Shown here: positions 47,912-60,800 of the stretch, in pieces
How the letters are laid out: every line of letters begins with the position of its first letter
Numbering within the stretch: position 1 is the stretch's first letter
DNA from: Bugula neritina
Taxonomy: Eukaryota > Animalia > Bryozoa
NCBI GenBank assembly: GCA_964035545.1
Contig: OZ037765.1
Coordinates: forward strand, 33,975,504 to 34,039,503
Direction: 5' to 3'
Length of the DNA: 64,000 bases
Program-made: the position numbers and the translations under genes
Notes under the pieces: model-generated
The model's input: the letters and a program-made list of their open reading frames with translations, nothing else
Database searches by the model: none
What the model was told of the DNA's origin: nothing

Positions 47912-49327
47912 AGAACGCATACTTGCAGAATATATTTACTATAATATTACTGAAATCTTGCAGACCCTGTATACATTACTACTTGGTTATAAGTTATAGG
48001 AATTCTAAATGCACACAATTGTCACAAATTGTGATTGCATCAGCAATTTATAATAATATATTAATAGCGGTGATAAACTATAAGTCATTATTCAGTAATA
48101 TGTGTAGGGCTATTTATGTATGACAGTGTATGACAGTGTGTGACAGTGTGACAATGTGTGACAGTGCGTGACAATGTGTGACACTGTGTGGTAATGTGTG
48201 ACAGTGTGTGACAGTGTATAACCGTGTGTGACAGCATATGACAGTGTGTGACATTATTTTGCTATAAATTTAGCCTCACTCTAATTCACAATTGTTCCAT
48301 CCAATATTGCGCTAGACCGCTAGAGGAACATACTCTATACTAGTTTAACTATACAATGTTGAAACAGGATGTTAACAGGAAAGTTTTCCATGCAATACAA
48401 TCTCTGGCTGAATCTTAATTTCTTTACAGTTCATATAATAAATATTATAGTATAATAATAATATATTATAAGACACCAGGAGCTCTACACCAAGATATAA
48501 GCTAACACACTGCAGGTGTTCTATTGAACTGAGTTTTTAACAACTTTAATATTAGTTTAGAGTGAACTACTATTCAGTAAGCCTACATTCATTGGATATG
48601 TTGATACAATGGTTGAATACTGAGGAGAATTATGTATATTTACTGCATGTATTATCAACACAATGTAGATACAGCAGCATATTACAGAATACAATACTGT
48701 ATTATAAAATAGCTAGGCATAAAAGAGCATCCAGCATCTGATGCAATACCAGGCAATAGTATAGCATTGGTCTTTCATCATGACTGTTAAAAGCCCGCAA
48801 TGCAGTTTATAAGGAGTCTAGCAAATTGTTGGTCTGCTAATACTTTTTTTACTTTGGAAACAATTTAAAGGCATACAACATGCAAAGGAAAAAATGTGAA
48901 ATTGAAAACTATAAGATTAATTTGTGCAAACGTGCAGGCGATGATCGCAACAACAAACATCTGTTGGCATTATTGAAGGAAATGCACAACCCTTACTCAA
49001 ATAACTTATGTCCTTATCCAACTCCTCTGTTGCTACTGTTTTAATATTTCAATTATAAATATATACAAATGTCATTTAATCACCAAATGAAATAAAATTA
49101 AATGCATTTATAACAATCATGTACCGTAGGCTTTTGAATTTCACATGATTGATAACTGTTATATAGCACATTCAGTCATCACATAAGTAGATGCTTTCCG
49201 CTTGCAACTTCTCTATAAATTAAATTAAATGTCAAAATATAAAAATAGCGAGGAGTAGAAAAATAATTGAATTAATGGATTTTCACTACAGTCTGCATGG
49301 GTGCATGGTATATGAATGAAGATGGTG

Positions 49328-49707
49328 TCATCCCAGATAGACGCTTCCCAGTTAGACGCTATTCATTTATTTTGGTACAATATATTATATTCTATGAGCA
49401 ATTTATTTGAATATTATTGAAATATATGTATATTTAAACAAACTTATATCAATTGCTTGTTATTTGGCACGTAAATAAATTCCTTTCATCTGCAGTAACT
49501 TCTTTATTTTGCGAATTTTCTATGCTTCTTGTTGTTAGAAAAGATATTTTGTTAACAAGTATTCATTAAAGATTATATCTATTATTAATGTATTAAACTG
49601 TTTTTTCCATATACACTTATCTATGAAAATTGGAATATTATCCCAGAAAATTTATAATATTAGCTATAGCTAATGGCGTCTAACTGGGAAGGGTCTATCT
49701 GGGATGA
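49328..49707. mobile_element. MITE-like element with ~32-bp TIRs, just upstream of the XBP1 promoter
   Basis: TCATCCCAGATAGACGCTTCCCAGTTAGACGC ... GCGTCTAACTGGGAAGGGTCTATCTGGGATGA. Confidence 0.7.
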
Positions 49708-49750
49708 AACTGAAGTTGTCTATTCAGGAGAAAGGTAAGCGTAGCGCTAT

Positions 49751-49894
49751 TGCGTCATCATACCGTAAGCGATTACTTATGTTTATAAATACTACCCAAT
49801 CAGAATTTGACAAATGGATACATAAGCCAATGATGTTTATCCACATCAGCATATCTGCCTACAGCTGTTGACGGAAAAGATGGTGAGTATAAAA
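49751..49894 (+). promoter_or_regulatory. Putative XBP1 promoter: ERSE CCAAT-N9-CCACA (49827-49845), second CCAAT (49796), CRE/UPRE-like TGCGTCA (49751), TATAAAA (49888)
   Basis: Exact 9-nt ERSE spacing about 45 bp before a TATA box. A plausible 5'UTR intron (donor ~50018, acceptor 51187) links it to the XBP1 coding exons. Confidence 0.65.
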
Positions 49895-51294
49895 CAATTT
49901 GTTAGTTTCCTACTAGAAAAGACAAAAAGTAGAGTAATTTGTTAGCGTGATTATTTGATTTGGGTATAGATATAAGGACGGAATTCCTGTTTAATTTGGT
50001 ATCAACTTTGAACTTGTGTAAGTATTACGTCTACTACTAGTACTAACAGTAACAGTAACTCTGAGTCTGACCTCCCAGTCCTCCGGAATTTAAAACCTAC
50101 AAAACAACTACAAGAAACTTTGCCATCTTGATCTTTTATTTTGATTCCAACCTATAGTAATAGTTGTAGTATTATACTAAGTCTCGTGGCCACTTATGCT
50201 ATAACTTATAACTAATACTAATAGTAATATTAACAATAATATTAATAGTAATACTAATACCGAATACGGATAGTAAAAATTAGAATAATACTAATGATTA
50301 CTCTAAACTCTAAAGTCTAATGGTTATGCTAATACTAATAGTAATTAGTAATAGTAATGCTATTATTAATACTAATAGTAATAGTAATACTAATCCTAAA
50401 TAAATACGATTGATATTATGAAACTCAAATTGAATAATACTTTTATTTTAAATTTAGGATAGTACCATTTCGTGTTTTTCTTAACTATTGATTTTGAAAT
50501 GAGTTGCAATAAAAATCATCACCATGCTACTGTAATAATATTATTATTAATATGAAATTGATGTCCGACAGAGACCAATGAGTTGCCATATTTTAAGTTA
50601 AATTAATTAATATTATGACATTGTCACTTTGGGATTAAAAGTTTATATTACTATTAGTATTACTATTAGCATTAGCATTAGTGTAAGATAAAGTATAATT
50701 TATCACTATATTGCTCACTTTCACTTTGAGTTTGTCCTAGACTTATTAATGTTACATAACTTACAAGTGCCTAGAGACCGTTCCATAATAATAATAATGA
50801 TTGTCAGTATAATTCTGATTCTTAGTGACTGTAAATGCTAAATAGAGACTGCTACTTGAATTGAGCTATGTCTTTGGAAACAGTTGCATTCAATTTCGAA
50901 TTGATGTAATAGTAATACTAATAGTGAATTACATTCACATTGTGATAATACACTTCAAGCTTGAAATATTGAAACTGAATTTAAGTTGAATAGTAGTTAA
51001 GTTTGTCCAATGGAATTTGAGTTACAAAATTGATAAGTCAATGAAGCTAAAGTCAGAGAAATAGTTGCTCTCTGTACATTTGATTTGCTGTTGGCACGTT
51101 GAAATACTTCTCTAAATCCTTTATTACTGGTCATCATTCTTAATTTAGTTTTAATTTAGTTGATGACATTTTGCGGGTTTTTGTAGATGTAGTGAAGAGA
51201 CCAACAGACCAACCTTTTATTTAATTGACACAGTCGGCACAGTTACCCGGCTAACCCAGTCTAGTTGAGCTGAGGTACTGCACAGATAGCTGAG

Positions 51295-52521
51295 ATGCTA
51301 CCCAATAACTTCATGGAGAGCGACGAGGAGTACGAGTTCGGGGACTCAATAAGACCCAGGAAAAGGCAAAGACTAACTCATTTGACTCCTGGTGAAAAGC
51401 TCCAACGAAGGTATAACTATAATTTGACTTATTGAATGTGTTTATTGTCAAGTTGTAACATAGTTTATGAAATAACATTTTAGGAAAGCGAGTTTTTCAA
51501 AAATTTTACTTGATAGTGGAACATGAATTCGAATATTTTAGGAAGATGAAAAACAGAGTAGCGGCACAAGCTGCCAGGGACCGAAAGAAAGCACACATGG
51601 ATGAGCTGGAAGACCTGGTGAAGCATCTTCAGTATGAAAATCAAAGACTCGCAAGAGAAAACTTGTTGCTGAAAGATGCTCAAGTTTGTCCAAACTGCAC
51701 AACTAACAGAGCAGCTGTGAAAGAGACACAGCAGTCATCAATCTCCACCTTGGTGAAGTCTGAACCCACTTCTAAGTCAGCAGAACTTAGTCCTCAGCAG
51801 AAGGAACGGGTGCAGACCTTGCTGGTATTGATGATGGCCTGCTATGCAACAACTCTAACCTTTCACATGACTTACAGGTAAGTTTGACACATTTTTTGGT
51901 CCATTTTCTGACCACTTGAATAAGCGTAGAGCACTCTACTCTCATGGTGTACAACTTTCACATACAATATTTCAGCAAATATACTCCCTCATCATACAAG
52001 ACAGTGAGCACAGCACAGCCCTTAGACCTGACGATGTCTTCACAGGCAAGGCTGAGGAGCTCTCAGAATACGTTCCTACCGTGGTGGGGTCCATGCCAGA
52101 ACTCCTGGAATCCCACAAAGACAGTGTAAACAGTGATCACATTTATCACAAAAATATCCCGTCACCAGAAGCGTCATCTAATTTGTCAGACAATGTAGAC
52201 ATCATTGATCTCACAATGGACAGCTTAGAAAATATCGACACAAAACCAATAAATGACTGGAGTTGTAAATCTGAACTTCAACAAGATGACAATAAACCAT
52301 TTGATTTTGATTTCAATGAATTGAACAGTTTTGCACCAGAACTCTGCAAGTTTGAGCTCGGCTCTGATGGGAATGGATCACCGTGCCCCAGTGACCTCTC
52401 TTCACCACCTTCTCTTTGTGAAGACCTCTCTTCACCATCCTCTTTGTGCAGTCCAACCTCCTCTGATCTCGGGCTAGACTGGAATGACTCTTTCGTTGAT
52501 CTATTCCCCTCACTAGGTTGA
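51295..52521 (+). CDS. XBP1: X-box binding protein 1 (bZIP). Exons 51295(or 51313)-51410, 51542-51877, 51976-52521 (spliced form; unspliced form stops at 52129)
   Basis: [41 protein letters not shown] bZIP; overlapping unspliced (..WWGPCQNSWNP) and spliced (..WNDSFVDLFPSLG) C-terminal frames; twin IRE1 hairpins. Confidence 0.96.
51772..51805 (+). other. IRE1 unconventional splicing element: two stem-loops, predicted intron 51781-51797 (17 nt)
   Basis: CTAAGT-CAGCAGA-ACTTAG and TCCT-CAGCAGA-AGGA, both with 7-nt CNG|CNGN loops; excision shifts into the frame ending DLFPSLG. Confidence 0.9.
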
Positions 52522-53632
52522 AGCCTTGTTTTCACTTGCCTATTTTATATATATACAAATGTGCGATATGAAATTACTTGAACCTTTAGTTTCTATGACT
52601 CCTCATTTATTTATTGTCTGTATTTTGCTAAGCATCCTTTAAACTGATGTTCCTCAGTTGCAGTTCGGTACATGCAACCCATATTATTTGTGCACGGTGA
52701 CGGATACTTTTTTGTAATAAATGTTTTGTAGCACTATTAGAGGTAATTTTGTATTGTATGAAATCTTGCAAGTTGTGATATAGCTCATGTAATTTTAAGG
52801 GCATTCAGCATTGAAGATTACAAAAAAGTCTTGCCTGTAATTTTGAAGGGCAAGCAGATAGAAACAATGCATAATAATCACAGCTGAACCAGTACAAGCA
52901 GCAGTCAACAAAGTATTATGTCACTCCCTACAACTTATAGGGAGATATATAGTCACACACTCTCATTTTGTTGCTGGATGAGTTTTACTAGTAACACCTT
53001 GTAGGAAAAATCCTAAGTGAATGAAAAAAGCAAGTAGCCAGCATTACTATTAAATAATTTGAATTTGTAACTTTTATTCTGTCTGCTCTGCCACATACAT
53101 CTGTTGTATATTACAAACCTAAGGACTATACAAAATGTAGGGCAAAAATTGGCAACCCATAAAAAATCTGTCAGCAAAAATAATACAACTACGAAATATG
53201 TATAGAATATAGTGAACTATCAATACCAAAAATACAATTAGTTGAAAAATACCTGTGAAATGACATGAATTTACAAGATTGGAAAGTAATGTAATTTAAT
53301 ACTTATCTTTATACAAACAGACGAGTACAAGCATGAAATACTGCTGTGGTCTCAAGCGTATAACAAATATGTACAATAATACAGTTGATTTGAAAAGATA
53401 TTTGTGTTGGGGCAGTATATAGCATTTATAACTTTGCCATAGAGAATTCATCACGCGATATAAAAAATACCGCAATACAAATTGTAATTATTGTATTATA
53501 TAATATTTATTCTAATATATGTTATTGCCGCACAAATACTAATGGTGAAAAGGGCTGGCTATAGTGACATCATAGTACCATCCTGTGACATCACTGTGCC
53601 CTCCTATGACGTTACGGTGCCTTTTTGTGACA

Positions 53633-54814
53633 TCACGGTGACATCATAGTGCCCTCCTGTGACACTACGTTACCCTCCGTCAGCAGCTGCTGGAGTAAGC
53701 TGCCGTTGTGGTCATTGGGCATCATGTCTTCTACAGGTGGCTACAATTTACATGCAGAACTTTTGATACATGAACTACATGTTTATACACATACAAAGGT
53801 GCTCTACAGTTAGATATAGGTCAGTCAAGGTAAACATACAAACTCTATAAATAAATTAGAGTCCCCAGCGCACATCAACTGACAGTAACTGACTAGCGAC
53901 TCACGCGAGAGTTGAAACTGATGACGCTGACGTTGGAATTCTGAGCAGCTTGCTTTAGTTTCTCTGAAGGTTCCCCAGACTTCATGTTGCTATTTTTAGA
54001 CTTGGAAGGAGTGGGAGAGGGCGCCGTCAGCTGCTTACGGAACAGGTTGACCAGAGGCCCGGGAGACTGTGACGAAGGAGCTGTAAGGAAGTGAATCAGT
54101 GCAGGTTACATATCCGACATTGAAGCTCTGTGAAGCAAATGTCAGAGAAAAACCATCGAAGTGAAAGACATTTCAGAGTTTTCTTCCCATGTGAATATGT
54201 TTATACAAATGCACAGAGCCTATAGAACACATATTCGGCCAGTGCTGTGTGGACAGTTACTCACCGGCTAGAGCTCGGAGTTGTGCTCTCACTTGACTCG
54301 ATTCCTTCTCTGACTGGTTTATTTTTTGCAGTGCCATATTTTGTTCGGGGGTCAACCCACCCATCCCTTCACTAGCCTTGTAGGCGTTGGAGGAATTGGC
54401 TAACTTTTGTTCAATTTCATTCTGAGTGTCGGTCAGCTCTGAGACTAACATAAAGAGAATAACAGCTTTCAAGTCAGCTACTGCAACTGCTAGTACCACT
54501 ACTGGTAACTACTACTAGTCATAACTACTACTAGCCATAACGACTACTATTAGTAATACTAGTACTACCATTGCTGCTGCTGCAACTACTACTAGTACTA
54601 CTACTACTACTACTAGTACTACTACTATCACTGCTACTACTAGTAATACTGCTACTACTAGTACTACTGCTACTGCTAGTACTACTGCTACTACTAGTAC
54701 TACTAGTACTACTACTGCTACTACTAGTACTACTACTGCTACTACTAGTACTACTACTGCTACTACTGCTACTACTAGTACTACTGCTACTACTACTATC
54801 ACTGCTACTACTAG

Positions 54815-54878
<64 letters not shown>

Positions 54879-57800
54879 GCTACTAGTACTACTACTACTA
54901 CTAGTACTACTACTGCTACTGCTACTACTGCTACTGCTACTACTACTACTGCTACTACTACTGCTACTACTACTACTACTACTGCTACTACTACTGCTAC
55001 TAGTACTACTACTACTACTAGTACTACTACTGCTACTGCTACTACTGCTACTGCTACTACCACTACTGCTACTAGTACTACTACCACTGCTACTACTACT
55101 ACTACTGCTACTACTACTACTACTACTACTACTGCTACTACTACTGCTACTGCTACTAACACACATCTCACTCACTCTGGTCTAAAATGTCGTCAGGTAG
55201 GACGCTCTCCTCGAACTGCTCATGGGCCATGCCAGGGACGGATGGGAACGAAGAGAAGGGGTCGGAGCTGAGAGGCTGTTGATGAGACGACACAGAAGAG
55301 GGAGGAAGGGGTGGAGACATCATAGACAGGTGTTGCGAGGGGTTCGCCATCGACATCGGCTGGTTAACATAACCCTGCTGGTGTTGAGGAGAAGAGTTCT
55401 GTAGATTCTTGGCTATTTTAGCCCGGACTTCTCGCTTCACATACTGAGATGACGTGGCGGTATTGTGGGGCACCCTGTAACAGAACAGGTGAAACATGGA
55501 ACATCAACTAACTGATGAGAGGGAGACAACTACAGCTTACACCAATGCCGCACTTCAAACTTGATTTACAAACAAGCAGCAAAATAGTTGAATAAATTTA
55601 CACAAATTACACAAATGAGCTATAAAGAAATAAAAGAATTAGATTCCTTTCCGATTTATTAAGCCGAGAATTAACCTATCAGCTGAAGTTACAGTCAGTT
55701 TTAATGAAACAACTAGCAGGGTAGCCTTGGGGGTATGAGGGTATCCCTAGGAGCAAGTGATGGTATCCCTAGGAGTATGAGGGTATCCCAAATAGTATGA
55801 GGGGACAACCCTAGAAGTATGAGGGTATCCCTAGGGGTATGTGAGGGTATCCCTAGGAGTATGAGGGTATCCCCATAAGTATGAGGGGACAACCCTAGGA
55901 GTATGAGGGTATCCCTAGGAGTATGAGGGTATCCCTAGGAGTATGAGGGTATCCCTAGGGGTATGTGAGGGTATCCCTAGGAGTATGAGGGTATCCCTAG
56001 GGGTATGTGAGGGTATCCCTAGGAGTATGAGGGTATCCCTAGGAGTATGAAAGAGGATGGAGTAAGAAGAAACACTGAATAAAGCGAGCTAAGCAAAGCA
56101 TGCCTCATGTCAGCTAAATGCTGCCCTCAGCTTAGAGTTTTACTATCAGCTATTTCTCTGCTCTGCACTGAGTTAAGTTTGTTCCCAAAAAGCAGCAATA
56201 AAACAACAGCAGCGGTAGTAGCAGTAGCAGTAGTAGTGGTAGTGTTAGCAGTAATAGTAGTAGTGGTGGTAGTAGTAGTGGTAGTATTAGTAGTAGTAGT
56301 GGTAGTATTAGTAGTAGTAGTGGTACTACTACTAGTAGTAGTACTAGTACTACTACTAGTAGTAGTAGTAGTACTAGCAGTAGTAGTACTAGTACTACTA
56401 CTAGTAGTAGTACTACTAGCAGTAGTAGTACTAGTACTACTACTAGTAGTAGTACTACTACTACTACTAGTAGTAGTACTAGTACTACTACTAGTAGTAG
56501 TAGTACTAGCAGTAGTAGTACTACTAGTACTAGTAGTAGTACTAGTAGTAGTAGTAGTAGTAGTACTACTACTAGTAGTAGTAGTACCACTACTAGTAGT
56601 AGTACTAGTACTACTACTAGTAGTAGTAGTACTAGCAGTAGTAGTACTAGTACTACTACTAGTAGTAGTACTACTACTACTACTAGTAGTAGTACTAGTA
56701 CTACTACTAGTAGTAGTAGTACTAGCAGTAGTAGTACTACTAGTACTAGTAGTAGTACTAGTAGTAGTAGTACTAGTACTAGTACTACTAGTACTAGTAG
56801 TAGTAGCAGCAGCACATTACAAGCCACAGGAACTGACATCTATAAAAGCCTGACTTCTGCAATAAGAACCCCCTCCCTCCCCCCCCCAAGCCAAAAGCTC
56901 ATTAAAATTACAAACACAGAGCGGTGAAGTTTACCTTTGGTTGGTCATCCATCTACAATGCAGGAGCTCAGGTTCAACAAATACTCTCAGAAGAAAGTAT
57001 CACAAACTGGCTGTAGTAGATACACTTACAATATGTAGATATACTTACAATATGTAGATATACTTACAGTATGTAGATATACTTACAGTACGTAGATACA
57101 CTTACTGTTCAGATGAGTTGTATTGCTGGAGTGAAGACTGACTAGAGGGGAGGGGAGGTAGTGAGGGGAGAGTGTCCATAGAGCTGGATCCACCCCCGGG
57201 AGTTCTCACCCCCTGAGGAGAGCCAAGCATGGTCTGCTGGTGTACAGACATCTGGTCAGCGTACTGCTGCTGGGGTCGCATCACTTGCTGCCGTGACATC
57301 ATTACCCTGGCTGGCGGGTACTGATCCGGAAATCGGAAGTGTTGCGGTGAACAGGGGATATCTATAGGACTTTGCGAGAAGTTCTGCTGAGGCCCCTACA
57401 AACAGCGGAGTATGAGTTGGGTCCACAGGCTCTACATAAAACATGACTCAAGTACGAGCAGCAACAAGTTCTCGTATCTCAACTAGCAACTTGAATCTCA
57501 GGTAGTCTGATAAACACTATCAGTAGTTGTGTTACTCCGATTTCTCCCAGCTGTAGAACATACAGAGAGCACACAACTCCTAACTCACCCTGACACCCCT
57601 GGGTGAACTCATGTCCATGTGCATCAGGTCGTGGGGCGGCCGGTGCGGGTAGGGATTGCTAGTTGTGTCCTGCGGAACCTTTTTGTTGGGCGGAGCTTCG
57701 GTGCTTTTCATCATCTCATTGAAGTTACTGGGTAAAGTGAAGTTCCCCTGTAGAAGACAAGTTCTCAGTCTACACTGACTGAGATAAGCAGAACGTAGTC

Positions 57801-60800
57801 AAACAAAAGAGTTGAACTCATTCAAGAGCCTAGTTGGGTGTATATTACAGAGAGTTGGGTGTATATTACAGAGAGTTAAGTGTATATTACAGAGAGTTGA
57901 GTGTATATTACAGAGAGTTGAGTGTATATTACAGTGAGTTGGGTGTATATTACAGTGAGTTGAGTGTATATTACAGTGAGTTGAGTGTATATTACAGTGA
58001 GTTGAGTGTATATTACAGAGAGTAAGGTGTATATTACAGCGAGTTGAGTGTATATTACAGTGAGTTGAGTGTATATTACAGCGAGTAGGGTGTATATTAC
58101 AGAGAGTTGAGTGTATATTACAGCGAGTAGGGTGTATATTACAGTGAGTTGAGTGTATATTACAGAGAGTTGAGTGTATATTACAGTGAGTAAGGTGTAT
58201 ATTACAGTGAGTTGAGTGTGTATTACAGTGAGTTGGGTGTATATTACAGAGAGTTGAGTGTATATTACAGAGAGTTGAGTGTATATTACAGTGAGTTGAG
58301 TGTATATTACAGAGAGTTGGATGTATATTACAGAGAGTAGGGTGTATATTACAGCGAGTTGAGCGTATATTACAGAGAGTAGGGTGTATATTAGCACACA
58401 AGACAGGAGGACAGGGAGCCACTTGACAGCTGGTGATGAATTGGTAGGGCAAGTGATGGTGTTAGAGGATTACGTAATCCTGAGAAGTGATTAATTACAC
58501 CTCATTGCAGAACTGAGTTGAGTTTAATCCTAGTTGGGTGGTGCGAGAAGAGCCAGTGGCACAGCACTTAGTTCCGGCTTTACTACCCCAAGACTGGGAG
58601 ATTTACTTTCCCTTAGCAACTCTTCTAGCAACTCTTCTAGCAACTCTCTCTAGTGACTACTAGTTACTCTACTGGTTACTCTACTGGTTACTCTACTAGT
58701 TACTCTACTGGTTACTCTACTAGTTACTCTACTGGTTACTCTACTGGTTACTCTACTAGTTACTCTACTGGTTACTCTACTAGTTACTCTACTGGTTACT
58801 CTACTGGTAACTGTATTATATTATGAGAGAGAGGTGAGAAAGGCACAACTTACCTGTATATTATGAGAGAGAGGTGAGAAAGGGGGCACCATGGGGGAAG
58901 GTGAGCTGCCAGAGTGGTGTCTCATCTTACCGTCTAGAGAATGAGGCAGCGATCTACCAGCTCCACTCACCTGTCGGCTTCTATGACCTGCCCTGGCATT
59001 TCTAGACGCCGAGGCACCTTTAAATAGAACTTACAGTACAGGAGTAAGTACAGCATAGAGTACGGGAGTAAGTATAGCATAGAGTACAGGAGTAAGTATA
59101 GCATAGAGTACAGGAGTAAGTACAGCATAGAATACAAGAGTAAGTACAGCATAGAGTACAAGAGTAAGTATAGCATAGAGTACAAAAGTAAGTATAACAT
59201 AGAGTACAGGAGTAGGTATAGCATATAGTACAAGAGTAAGTATAACATAGAGTACAAGAGTAAGTATAGCATAGAGTACAGGAGTAAGTATAACATAGAG
59301 TACAAGAGTAAGTATAGCATAGAGTACAGGAGTAAGTATAACATAGAGTACAAGAGTAAGTATAACATAGAGTACAGGAGTAAGTATAGCATAGAGTACA
59401 GGAGTAAGTATAGTATAGAGTACAAAAGTAAGTATAACATAGAGTACAGGAGTAGGTATAGCATATAGTACAAGAGTAAGTATAACATAGAGTACAAGAG
59501 TAAGTATAGCATAGAGTACAGGAGTAAGTATAACATAGAGTACAAGAGTAAGTATAGCATAGAGTACAGGAGTAAGTATAACATAGAGTACAAGAGTAAG
59601 TATAACATAGAGTACAGGAGTAAGTATAACCTCTGCCGGTAGAGAGCAGCTACACACCTGGATGTTGACCTCGCAGAGCTTGCTGCAGGTGAGAGTTGAC
59701 GACGTCGGACTGAGATGAATACGACGTGCCGAGAGAGTTTGAGATCTGGAGAGGTTGAGGGGGTCTGTGACTGATGTTTATGTTTGCTGACTGCACGGGG
59801 TTACTCGCTGAAGCCGGGATTTCTACAGGAAATGGATATAAATCACCATGACAACAATCAGCATGATAGAGCAGCAGTAAACATACCGTTCAGTTCAACC
59901 TATCAGGAGGTCCGATACATCCAACATCTCACAGGTGTTGACTGCTGCATTATTGTTGTGTTCACATTAACAGTATTTATCTACAGATCATGGAGATTAG
60001 TAATTGACTTCGGATATTGATTCCATCGAGATTAGAATATTTATAGCATGTACAATAATATTCAGTGATAACTAAAATAGAGACGCTTCAAGTGGCTGCC
60101 ATGAAATTGTGTTTGTATTTACTTATAAACTCACACCCAACAATAGAAACTCTGTGTTTTCCTCAAGACTACAGAGAAGATAACACTTGGGGTACCAGTT
60201 CCCTGGCCCTAACGCATTGGACATAAATATTTTACAAGGAGTGTAGTGAGGAGGGGGAGAGAGAAACATGCCTATGTTGCATACTGTACAAACTCGCTGT
60301 ACTGCACACACTCGCTGTACTGTGCACAGCATAGCGAGTGCAACGAATCTCATATCTCACGCGTCCTGACAGAATTGAGTGTCATATATCCTGTCTGTCA
60401 GAAAGCAATGTTCACATGATAAATGACTCGAGGGACTGCCATATCTCAGCCTTCCTTCAACATGTCAGTCTTCGCAGGAAACCCAGTATTTCGTCCTCCC
60501 TGCCCAGAATCCCATGCGCTGACTGGATGACCGGTCAGGAGAGAGGGGGATGATGTAATAGTATTTATTACTCGCCTAGTGAACAGCTGGACAAGAAAAT
60601 TAGGTTTGCAACTTTTTGCTGACAGAAAAAATACCATGCTGTGGTGACTCACCCATGTTGAGTATTGGACTGCGGGAGTCGGGTCTGGAGGGGTTAGTCG
60701 CAGACGTAAAGGAAGCAGACGCGTCAGCGGAGAGACTGCCTATGCTGCTGAGGAGGTCATTTTCTATGTCCCTGATGGCTAACTCATCTTCGGGGGAGGT

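Noticed and set aside
54515-56853. Poly-Val/Ser/Leu ORFs
   Set aside because: Trinucleotide microsatellites inside introns of the coactivator gene.
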